Source: Thermoplasmatota archaeon (GTDB lineage Archaea > Thermoplasmatota > E2 > JACPAO01 > JAHFTW01). Taken from it: a stretch of 27,583 nt of DNA. The stretch covers positions 1-27,583 of the forward strand of contig DATDQC010000208.1 in the NCBI GenBank assembly GCA_035292455.1, in the 5' to 3' direction. Both the position numbers and the translations under genes were made by a program. How positions within the stretch are numbered: the first letter of the stretch is position 1; each line of letters begins with the position of its first letter. The notes beneath the pieces are model-generated. The model made no database searches and had not been told where the DNA came from. It worked only from the letters and a program-made list of their open reading frames with translations. Of this stretch, positions 6,898 to 14,897 are shown in pieces.

Positions 6898-9111
6898 CTA
6901 GCCCGACCAGCCGCCGGAGGCCGCAGGCCCTGTCGCCGCCGTCGGCCTCCCACCAGCGGCGGACGGGGTCCAGTCGAGGTGGTCGGCGACGATCTCGGCG
7001 AGGTCGCGGGCCTCCATTTTGCCCTCCTGCCCGGTGAGGTTGAGGCCGTCGGTCATCATGGTGAGGCAGAAGGGGCAGGCGGTGGCCACGGTGCCCGCCC
7101 CGGTCGCGGCGGCCTGCTTGGCGCGGATGACGTTGATGCGTTCTTTCTCGTCCTTGACCTCGAACCACATGTTCGCCCCCCCGGCGCCGCAGCACAGCCC
7201 TTCCTTCCGGTTCTGCGCCATCTCCAGGACGGGGAGGCCGTTGGCCTTGCGGAGGACCGCGCGGGGGGCGTCGCCGATGCCGTTGTGCCTCATGAGGTAG
7301 CAGGAGTCGTGGTAGGTGACCTTGACCTCCCGGCCTGCCTTGAGCGGAAGCCGCCCCTCGGCGAGCAGGCGTTCGAGGAGGACGGTGTGGTGGACGACCT
7401 CGAAGCGGCCGCCGAAATCGGGGTACTCGTTGGCGAGCGTGTTGAAGCAGTGCGGGCACTGCGCGATGATCTTCTGGACTCCGTGGCGCCCCAGAGTCTC
7501 CAGGTTCTCCATCACCGACTGTTGGAAGCGCCCCTCCTCGCCAAGGCGCCGGGCGGGGTCGCCGTTGCAGCGCTCCTCGTTCCCCAGGATGGCGAAGTCC
7601 ACGCCCGCGGCGTTGAGGAGGGTGGCGATGGCCACCGTCACCTGCTGGTTGCGGGGGTCGTAGGAGCCGGAGCACCCCACCCACCAGAGCCACTCGTAGG
7701 GTTCGCCGCGCGTTGCCTTCTCCGCCACCGTGGGTGCCGCCACGCCGGGGGGGAGCCGGTTGCGCCAGGCGTCGCGGTCGCTCGCCGGGAAGCCGTAGGG
7801 GTTTCCGGTGTTGGTGAGGTTCACAAGGAGGCGCTGCTTGTTCCCGTCGAGGCGGCTCTCCATGACGAGGCCGCGCCGCATCTCGACGATGAGGTCCACG
7901 TGCTCGATGTCCACCGGGCAGGCGGTGACGCAGGCGCGGCAGGTGGTGCACGACCACAGCGTCGCCTCCTGCAGTGCGGCGTCCACGCCGTCGGCCTGGA
8001 TGAGAGGCCGCGACTCGCCCTTGCCGGCTCCGGCGTCGCACCACATCTCCGCTTTGAGGTCTTGGATGAGCTTGCGGGGCGAAAGCGGGCGGCCGGCCGC
8101 GGTGGCGGGGCACTGCGCCTCGCAGCGTCCGCAGTTGGTGCAGGCGTCGAGGCTCAGGCGGTCCTTCCAGGTGAAGTCGCGGATGGTCTTCACCCCCACG
8201 ACCGGGATGTCGGCGGCGCCGGACGCCATGACCTCCTGGAGCTTGAACGGGGTGGGCAGGGCGGAGCGGCTCTGCCGGGCGGGGTCGTGGAAGAAGAGGT
8301 TGAGGCTCGAGGTCACGATGTGCTTGAACTTGGTCCATGGGAGGACCGCGAGCACCGAGGTCCAGAGCGCGAAGTGGGTCCACCACAGGACGCGGTAGAG
8401 CGCCTCGATGCGCCCGGGGCGCCACGACTGGAACGGCCCGGACAGGATGTTGCCGACGAACGACCAGCGGGCGTAGGTGATGTGGTCGGTCGAGACCTGG
8501 TGGGCGAGCCGCAGCGCCTCGAGGAGGAATCCGGTCACGCCGATGCCGAGGAGGAAAAGGAGGGCGTAGAGGTCGCCCCCGAGCCGGGTCCGCCGGAGTG
8601 CTGCCGGCTGCTCCACCATGTCGGTCGGATGGAGCTGCGGCGGCCGCTCGACGTAGCGCCGCCACATCGCGTAGAGGACGCCGAGGACGAAGAGGACGCC
8701 GAAGGCGTCGAGGGCGAGTTCGAAGAAGAGGTACTTCCCGCCCGCGAGGAGCTTGGCGTCGAGGACGAGCTCGAAGAGGTCGGCGTCGATGGCGACGATG
8801 GTGGTGCCGATGAAGAGGACGAGGAAGCCGAAGAAGATCCAGGCGTGCATGGTGCCCGGCCGCTTGTCCTGCATGAACTTGCGGTGCGACGCCACCCCTG
8901 CCACCAGGCGCTTGAGGCCGGTCCGCCAGTCCCCGGGCTTCCAGGCTCGGCCCATGCGCCAGACGTGGGCCATGCGCCAGAACCCGTAGGCGAAGACCAG
9001 CAGCCCCACCGCCGTGAGGGCGTACATCCAGAGGGCCGTCCCGTCCGGCATCAGGTCGAGGTTGACCCGGCACGGCGTGTCGGGGTAGGTGGGGCATTCG
9101 CCTCCGGCCAC
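6898..9111 (-). CDS. Membrane-bound Fe-S oxidoreductase, FadF/EtfD/HdrF-like (cytochrome-b-like TM domain, 2x[4Fe-4S], two CCG domains)
   Basis: TM region with His residues (TMHAW, WTHF, FKHIV); CTNCGRCEAQC and CTTCRACVTAC; GCSGSYD, CPHC, YHDSC, LCCGAGG, ACPFC. Confidence 0.9.
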   Translation of the reverse strand: MAGGECPTYPDTPCRVNLDLMPDGTALWMYALTAVGLLVFAYGFWRMAHVWRMGRAWKPGDWRTGLKRLVAGVASHRKFMQDKRPGTMHAWIFFGFLVLFIGTTIVAIDADLFELVLDAKLLAGGKYLFFELALDAFGVLFVLGVLYAMWRRYVERPPQLHPTDMVEQPAALRRTRLGGDLYALLFLLGIGVTGFLLEALRLAHQVSTDHITYARWSFVGNILSGPFQSWRPGRIEALYRVLWWTHFALWTSVLAVLPWTKFKHIVTSSLNLFFHDPARQSRSALPTPFKLQEVMASGAADIPVVGVKTIRDFTWKDRLSLDACTNCGRCEAQCPATAAGRPLSPRKLIQDLKAEMWCDAGAGKGESRPLIQADGVDAALQEATLWSCTTCRACVTACPVDIEHVDLIVEMRRGLVMESRLDGNKQRLLVNLTNTGNPYGFPASDRDAWRNRLPPGVAAPTVAEKATRGEPYEWLWWVGCSGSYDPRNQQVTVAIATLLNAAGVDFAILGNEERCNGDPARRLGEEGRFQQSVMENLETLGRHGVQKIIAQCPHCFNTLANEYPDFGGRFEVVHHTVLLERLLAEGRLPLKAGREVKVTYHDSCYLMRHNGIGDAPRAVLRKANGLPVLEMAQNRKEGLCCGAGGANMWFEVKDEKERINVIRAKQAAATGAGTVATACPFCLTMMTDGLNLTGQEGKMEARDLAEIVADHLDWTPSAAGGRPTAATGPAASGGWSG

Positions 9112-9144
9112 GGCGAACCCAGGGGCGGCCAGTCCTTGAGGGTT

Positions 9145-9870
9145 TCACTTGCCGCCGGCTTCCCTCAGATCCGCTCGGTCGTTGGCGTCGAACTGCGTCG
9201 GGAGGCCGCCGCTCAGGCGCTGCAGCACGTCCGCGGTCTCGACGGCCCAGTACATCACGGAATCGGGGCTGTCGGAGTGGCCGGGATGCCCCTCGTCCTC
9301 GTGGTCGGTCTGCATGGGGACACCGTTGTTCACGAGTCCAAGGACGTGGCCGAACTCGTGCACCACGACGGCCCGCAGGATGTCCTCGGCGGTGTAGAGG
9401 CAAGGGGGGACCGCCAAGGCCGGGCAGACCTCGCGGACCCGTTCCGAGAAGATGGCCACCAGGCCGTGGCCGAGGGTGACGCCGAGGGCGTCCTCGTCGG
9501 TGTAGCTGCCGTCGAGGAACAGGACGTGGGTCGCCACCGTCGAGCCGCCGGTGTCCACCGTGCGGTGGTCCCTCGAAAGCTCCCGTAGGCTTTCGGCGGT
9601 CCAGACGTCGCCGGTAGCGTCGAGTTCATCGCCCCGTTCCACGGCCACGCCGTCGGGCTTGTGGGCCAAGGCCGCCATCCGTTGCTGAAGCAGGTTGAGA
9701 ACGTCGTCCGAGGGGCGCTCCCCCTCCACGTAGTCCATCTCGATGACCCAGCGGGTGTAGGTGGAGTCCCGGAGGTAGTCCCGCGGCCCGACAGACTCCT
9801 CGCCAAGAAACCCGTCCAGGCAGCCGGGGAGGGCCAGCATGGCCAGGAGGAGCCCGCAAGCGGCGCGCAT
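9145..9870 (-). CDS. Putative zinc metalloprotease lipoprotein (metzincin-like)
   Basis: LALPG-C lipobox-like signal; HEFGHVLGL zinc motif, a later HPGH and an SVMYW Met-turn-like segment. Confidence 0.8.
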   Translation of the reverse strand: MRAACGLLLAMLALPGCLDGFLGEESVGPRDYLRDSTYTRWVIEMDYVEGERPSDDVLNLLQQRMAALAHKPDGVAVERGDELDATGDVWTAESLRELSRDHRTVDTGGSTVATHVLFLDGSYTDEDALGVTLGHGLVAIFSERVREVCPALAVPPCLYTAEDILRAVVVHEFGHVLGLVNNGVPMQTDHEDEGHPGHSDSPDSVMYWAVETADVLQRLSGGLPTQFDANDRADLREAGGK

Positions 9871-9911
9871 CACACCCTGCGATGCGGCGCCCGGCGAGAT
9901 GACCCTTTCGT

Positions 9912-10319
9912 TCAGAGGAAGAAGGTTTGGCTGCTCTGGAGTTCCTGCCCGGTGCGGTGCCACAGGGTGAGGGTCTCCTGCGAGGTGTTGATCCAGACGA
10001 GAGAGTAGACGCCGTCGTGGGGGACCACCAGGGTGTCCTTGTGGTCGGTGGCCTCGAGGTCCTCGAAGTCGGTGACGCCGGCGTCATCGTGGGTGTGCGC
10101 GTTGAAGTGGACCTCCTGGCGCTCGTCGATGAACCAGTCCCAGGCGAGTTCCGCTCCTTCCTCCCGGAGGAAATCGAGTTCGAGCCCCATGCGGGGCTCC
10201 AGTCCCAGGCTTTGCCAGGCCGGATCCGTCTCGTCAAGGTCGCGGCCGTGCCAGGGGCCGGCGGGGGAGCCGCAGCCGGCCAGCAGCAAGAGGACCACGG
10301 CGAGGGCCATCCGGTGCAC
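9912..10319 (-). CDS. Small hypothetical lipoprotein, beta-rich (GOLD-like by eye)
   Basis: LLLLAG-C lipobox; ELAWDWF...VHFNAHTH...DGVYSLVWIN pattern; GTTCAAAT about 25 nt upstream. Confidence 0.7.
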   Translation of the reverse strand: MHRMALAVVLLLLAGCGSPAGPWHGRDLDETDPAWQSLGLEPRMGLELDFLREEGAELAWDWFIDERQEVHFNAHTHDDAGVTDFEDLEATDHKDTLVVPHDGVYSLVWINTSQETLTLWHRTGQELQSSQTFFL

Positions 10320-10394
10320 GGCCCCCCGTGGCTTGGTCGGGATTTGAACTTCGTGGCGTCCGCCCCGCCCTGCCCCGCTCCGTTCGGCTCCGTC

Positions 10395-11246
10395 TCACTT
10401 CTTGAGGAGCGCCGTGAGCTTGGGGAGGACCTGGTAGAGGTCCCCCACGACGCCGTAGTCGGCGACCTGGAAGATGGGGGCGTCCTTGTTGGTGTTGATG
10501 GCGACGATGAGCTTGGCGCCGCGGATGCCGGCGATGTGCTGGATCTGCCCCGAGACGCCGCAGGCGATGTACGCCTTCGGTTTGATGGCGTGTCCCGAGA
10601 GGCCGATCCAGTGCTCCTCGCCGAGCCACTTGAGGTCGGCGGCGATGGGGCGGCTGCAGCCCACGGCGCCGCCGGGGAAGCACTTCGCCAGTTCCTCGGC
10701 GAGCTTGATGTCCCCCTGCTGCTTGAAGCCGCGGCCGACGCCCACGACGACGGCGGCAGAGGAGAGGTCGAAGTCGGAGTGCGCTTTGCCCTTCGTGCCC
10801 GTGACCTTGACCTTGCTTGGGGGAACCTGGACCGCCCCGACCGGGGTCCCCTTGCCTTTCCCCTCGAAGGCCTTGGGGGTCGCGGTGACGACCGCCTTGG
10901 CACCCATCGTGTAGGTGGCCTTGGAGTTCCCGGACAGGACCATGCGTTCGACGGTCCAGCCGGAGCCGCCCGCGATGGCCTGCGCTTCGGCGGCGAAGGG
11001 CCAGTCGAGGAAGCCGGCGAGGCGCGGGCCGATGTCCTTGCCCTTCTTGGTCGCCCCCACCAGGACCAGTGTTGCCCCCACCTTCTCCGCCGCGGCCTTG
11101 AGGCCGAGGGCGATGGTGTCGGAGTTGGCGTCGGGGAGGGCAAGCGAGGCCAAGGTCGCCTCGTGGGCGGAGCCGAGGGTCGCCGCCTTGGCGGAGAGTT
11201 CGCCGCGCAGCGCGTCGTCCTCGGAGAAGACCAGCACGGCGGGCAT
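10395..11246 (-). CDS. etfA: Electron transfer flavoprotein alpha subunit
   Basis: VVVGVGRG, GCSRP, IGLSG, YIACGVSGQIQHIAGI, IVAINTNKDAPIFQVADYGVVGDLYQVLP. Confidence 0.95.
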   Translation of the reverse strand: MPAVLVFSEDDALRGELSAKAATLGSAHEATLASLALPDANSDTIALGLKAAAEKVGATLVLVGATKKGKDIGPRLAGFLDWPFAAEAQAIAGGSGWTVERMVLSGNSKATYTMGAKAVVTATPKAFEGKGKGTPVGAVQVPPSKVKVTGTKGKAHSDFDLSSAAVVVGVGRGFKQQGDIKLAEELAKCFPGGAVGCSRPIAADLKWLGEEHWIGLSGHAIKPKAYIACGVSGQIQHIAGIRGAKLIVAINTNKDAPIFQVADYGVVGDLYQVLPKLTALLKK

Positions 11247-12013
11247 CAGGCCACCCCCTCCCTGCGAAGTGCAGCGGCCAACTGCTCGGCGGCGTCGGGG
11301 CCGGCGAAGACGACGTTCTTGCGGTCCTGCTTGGGGGCGACGTTCTGGGTCATCCGCATCTGGCGGGCGAGGTCGGCGTCGGGGATGCCGAGGTCGGAGC
11401 TCTTGACCTGGCGGATGGGCTTCTTGCCGGCCTGCAGGATGGCCATGAGGGCGGGGAGGCGGGGGCGGTTGGCCTCGTCGTTGAAGGTGGCGGCGCAGGG
11501 GAGCGGGACGGCGACCTCCTCGCTGGGGTCGCCGTCGCGCACCGCCTTGAGGAGGCCCCCCTCGACGCCGAGGACCTCCTGGCAGTTCGCCAGGCTCGGC
11601 ATGCCAAGCAGCGCCGCGACACGGGGGCCGGTCTCACCCTGGACACGGTCGATGGAGACCTCGCCGGCGAAGACCAGGTCGGCGCCGCCGTCCTTCCGGA
11701 TGGCCGCGGCGAGGACCTTGGCGGTGCCGCGCCCGTCGGTGTCGGGGCCGGTGAGGACGACCGCCTCATCGCAGCCCATGGCGAGCGGCTCCTTCACCAG
11801 GTTCGCGGCGTTCGGGCCGCCGTTCAAGGTGTAGCATACCACCTTCTGCGCCTGCCCCTTCTCCTTCAGTTTGACGGCAGCCTCGATGGCGTTCTTGTCG
11901 AAGTCGGAGACCTTCCAGGGCAGGCCGTCCATGCGGGGGGCGCGTGTGGCAGGGTCGATCTTGAGCTGGGTGACGTCCGGCGCCATCTTGACGAGGACCG
12001 CGATCTTCACCAT
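11246..12013 (-). CDS. etfB: Electron transfer flavoprotein beta subunit
   Basis: KIAVLVKMAPD, FDKNAIEAAVKLKE, LAMGCDEAV, DLVFAG..SID..GETGPRVAALLG, NRPRLP. ATG 12013 is 25 nt after GTTTTCAAC; TGATG overlap with etfA. Confidence 0.95.
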   Translation of the reverse strand: MVKIAVLVKMAPDVTQLKIDPATRAPRMDGLPWKVSDFDKNAIEAAVKLKEKGQAQKVVCYTLNGGPNAANLVKEPLAMGCDEAVVLTGPDTDGRGTAKVLAAAIRKDGGADLVFAGEVSIDRVQGETGPRVAALLGMPSLANCQEVLGVEGGLLKAVRDGDPSEEVAVPLPCAATFNDEANRPRLPALMAILQAGKKPIRQVKSSDLGIPDADLARQMRMTQNVAPKQDRKNVVFAGPDAAEQLAAALRREGVA

Positions 12014-12106
12014 GGTCTTGGTGCGCGACGGGGCGGGGGTTGAAAACGGTGCGGTCGGCAAGGTCGGCTTGCGCGGGCCGCCAACCTGCGCGTGCGGTCT
12101 ACGCGT

Positions 12107-13819
12107 TCATGCGTCCGCAGCGAGGCGAAGCGTCTTCGCCCATCCCTGCTCGAGCCAGGAGGTGACCTTCAGCGCCACCAACCCTCCGCCGGCGCTGGGC
12201 GGCGCGGAGTCGTCGGGGACGCCCGCCTCGCCCGCCGTGAGCGACACGGCGTAGGTGACCGTCTCCAGGACACCCGGGTCGGGGGTGTAGATGAGGTGCC
12301 AGTCCCCCTCAGCCTCGGCGGCGACGAGGCCCGGCGATTCCCAGGAGAGGAAGGCGACACCGTCTTGCAGCGCGGCGGTGCGCTCCTCGCCGCTTGGCGC
12401 GAACAGCCGCAGCGTGCCGCCAAGATGAACCGGGACGGGTCCTCCAGGGGTGGCCTGCGCGGTGAGGCTCGCAACACCGGGACGCACGGGAAGGTCCCAG
12501 CCCTCGCAGGCGCCAAGGTCGGCGGCCACCAGCTCGTCGCACGTCGCGGCGAGTTCGGCCATCCAACCTACGGGGTACTCGAGGGACCCCGTCGCGATGA
12601 GGGTCTCCTCCTCGTCGAAGGCGAAGGCTTCGATTCGGAAGAGGCCGGGTTCGTTGAACGTGTGCTCAAGCGTGTCCTCGCCCATGGCTACCCGCGAACC
12701 CAGGGCGTCGAAGAGGAACATCTCCACCGACGCGGGCTGCCGCCCGTCGTCCGGGAGGGCCAAGAAGCTCACGAGGGTTGCCTCCGCGGCGTTGGGGGCT
12801 TCGGTGTCGGCCACCACGGTGAGGGTCCCGAGGTCCGGAGCATTTTCGGGCGGGGCGTCGGGCCTGGATCCCCCGCTGCCCCCCTGGAAGCCGCCCCCGG
12901 CGTCGGGCAGGCCTCCCTCCTCGAGGAGTTCGGTGACCTCCACGGCGTCCAGGTCGGCCTCCTCCTCGAACTGGGCCTCGGTGAGCCGGATGGCCGCGCG
13001 CACCGTCATCTCCATCTCGACCTCGCTTCGTTGCCCGAAGTCGCGAGAGGACCCGTGGAAGGCCATCGAGACCTCCGTGTCATCGAGCACGACGTTGTGC
13101 AGGGAGGGAGCGTAGTAGACGAGGTCGGTCGCTTCACCGGAGAAGTCCACCTCGACGTCCTGGGACCCCGAAGCCTCCATCGTTTCGCGCATCTGGGTCT
13201 CAACGGCTTCGGTGTCGATGTCGATGTCGTGGCGGATGCGCACCGCCTCCACCGGGCCGGACGGTCCGTCCACGGTCTCCAGCCCCTCGACGCGGGACTC
13301 GACCCGGAATGTGATGTTGGAGCCGAACAGGGTCTCCGTGACGAACTCACCGGACCATTCGTCTCCCGGTTCCAGGGGGAACCGCACCCAGGGGTAGGTC
13401 TCGGGGGGCGCCTCGAAACGGAACGAGCCGTCAACGACCTCGATGACCTCCACGGGCTGGAGGTCCCTCTGTCGGAATCCCATGAGGAACGGTTCGTCGA
13501 AGAACAGGTCCCGGCCGAGGGCGACGTACATGGGCTCCGCGCCGTTGGTGATGGTCGTGCTCACGACGGTGTAGTCGGCCACGGGCTCGGGCCCGAAGGA
13601 CTCGTGCTCGTCGAGATGGTCGGTCTCGCCGCCCGCCGTGAAGGAACCCTCCATCCGGACGTCGCCCTCCACGGAGTGGACGAAATGGAACCCGGCCTTC
13701 CAGCCGGCGCTCTCGATGGGCTCAAAACCATCCGTTCCGGCCAGGGAGGCTCCGCCCCCTTGCGCCGAGCAACCCGCAAACGCCGCGCCGAGGAGCACGG
13801 CGACCCACCAGCCTCGCAT
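12107..13819 (-). CDS. Large acidic hypothetical lipoprotein (beta-rich N-domain, PKD-like module)
   Basis: MRGWWVAVLLGAAFAG-C lipobox; HTFNEPGLFRIEAFAFD resembles a PKD-type strand; GC3-biased acidic ORF. Confidence 0.75.
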   Translation of the reverse strand: MRGWWVAVLLGAAFAGCSAQGGGASLAGTDGFEPIESAGWKAGFHFVHSVEGDVRMEGSFTAGGETDHLDEHESFGPEPVADYTVVSTTITNGAEPMYVALGRDLFFDEPFLMGFRQRDLQPVEVIEVVDGSFRFEAPPETYPWVRFPLEPGDEWSGEFVTETLFGSNITFRVESRVEGLETVDGPSGPVEAVRIRHDIDIDTEAVETQMRETMEASGSQDVEVDFSGEATDLVYYAPSLHNVVLDDTEVSMAFHGSSRDFGQRSEVEMEMTVRAAIRLTEAQFEEEADLDAVEVTELLEEGGLPDAGGGFQGGSGGSRPDAPPENAPDLGTLTVVADTEAPNAAEATLVSFLALPDDGRQPASVEMFLFDALGSRVAMGEDTLEHTFNEPGLFRIEAFAFDEEETLIATGSLEYPVGWMAELAATCDELVAADLGACEGWDLPVRPGVASLTAQATPGGPVPVHLGGTLRLFAPSGEERTAALQDGVAFLSWESPGLVAAEAEGDWHLIYTPDPGVLETVTYAVSLTAGEAGVPDDSAPPSAGGGLVALKVTSWLEQGWAKTLRLAADA

Positions 13820-13902
13820 ACGGTCGGACCACCCTTTCCCCTGGATAACCTTGTGGTCCATAGGACGGCGTCCTTCATGACGCCTCCCGGCTTCGCCCCC
13901 CC

Positions 13903-14364
13903 ATGTCCCAGGTCGAAGCCCGCCTCAAGGCCGCTGGCCACAACCTCCCGTCCGCCCCCAAGGCGGCCGCCGCCTACATCCAGTGGACCCGGGCCGGCAA
14001 CCTGGTCTTCGCGGCTGGGCAGATCCCCACCCGCGACGGCAAGCCGGTCATGACCGGCCACGTCGGCAAGGAGGTGAGCCTTGCCCAGGCGCAGGAGATG
14101 GCGCGGGTGTGCGCCCTCAACGCCATCGCGGTGCTCAAGGAGGCCTCGGGCGGCAACCTCGACAAGGTCCGCATCCTCAAGACCGTCAACTTCTGCAACT
14201 CGGCCCCCGGCTTCACCGACATCCACCTCGCCGCCAACGGCGCCTCGGAGCTCTTCGCGCTGGCGTTCGGGGAGAAAGGGAAGCACGCCCGCAGCAGCAT
14301 CGGGATGGCGGAGCTGCCCCTCAACGTGCCGTTCGAGGTCGAGGTCACCGCAGTCCTGGAGTAG
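13903..14364 (+). CDS. RidA/YjgF/YER057c/UK114 family protein
   Basis: LPSAPKAAAAYIQWTRAGNLVFAAGQIP, KTVNFCNSAPGFTDIHLAANGASELF, HARSSIGMAELPLNVPFEVE. Confidence 0.93.
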   Translation: MSQVEARLKAAGHNLPSAPKAAAAYIQWTRAGNLVFAAGQIPTRDGKPVMTGHVGKEVSLAQAQEMARVCALNAIAVLKEASGGNLDKVRILKTVNFCNSAPGFTDIHLAANGASELFALAFGEKGKHARSSIGMAELPLNVPFEVEVTAVLE

Positions 14365-14367
14365 GAT

Positions 14368-14775
14368 TCACTTCGCCTTGCCGTCGAAGGCGAGGCTCGC
14401 GCTGTTGATGCAGTAGCGCTCCCCGCTCGGCTGCGGGCCGTCGTCGAAGAGGTGCCCGAGGTGGGCGTCGCAGGCGGCGCAGCGCACCTCGACGCGCTCC
14501 ATCCCGTAGGCGCGGTCCACGACCTCCTTGACCTTGGAGCGGTCCACCGCTTCCCAGAACGAGGGCCACCCAGTGCCGGAGTCGAACTTGGTGTCCGACT
14601 TGAACAGCCCGGCGCCGCAGCACACGCACTTGTACATCCCCACCCCTTTGTGGTTCCAGTACTTCCCCGTGAAGGGCGGCTCGGTGGCGCTGCAGCGCGC
14701 CACCATGTACGCCATCGGGTCGAGCTTCGCCTTCCACTCGGCGTCGCGGCTCTTGTCCGGGGTGTCGTGGGCCAC
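14368..14775 (-). CDS. msrB: Peptide-methionine (R)-S-oxide reductase MsrB
   Basis: TEPPFTG, CVCC, FKSDTKFDSGTGWPSF, EVRCAACDAHLGHLFDDGPQPSGERYCINSASL. Confidence 0.97.
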   Translation of the reverse strand: MAHDTPDKSRDAEWKAKLDPMAYMVARCSATEPPFTGKYWNHKGVGMYKCVCCGAGLFKSDTKFDSGTGWPSFWEAVDRSKVKEVVDRAYGMERVEVRCAACDAHLGHLFDDGPQPSGERYCINSASLAFDGKAK

Positions 14776-14897
14776 GCCTCGCGATGGCCGCCGTGCGCCT
14801 AACCCTTCGCCCTCGTGCAGGTTCGGGCCACGGCGACCCGCCCGGGGCGCAGCCCTTATCGGCCCACCCTTGATATGTTCAAAGGCGGAGTGAACAG

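Noticed and set aside
5683-9588. 1301-aa plus-strand ORF (and similar long ORFs such as 9927..11834, 12092..14053, 1339..3165, 19678..21138)
   Set aside because: Antisense shadows of well-supported opposite-strand genes; in GC3-rich DNA the reverse frame lacks stops. No recognisable motifs.
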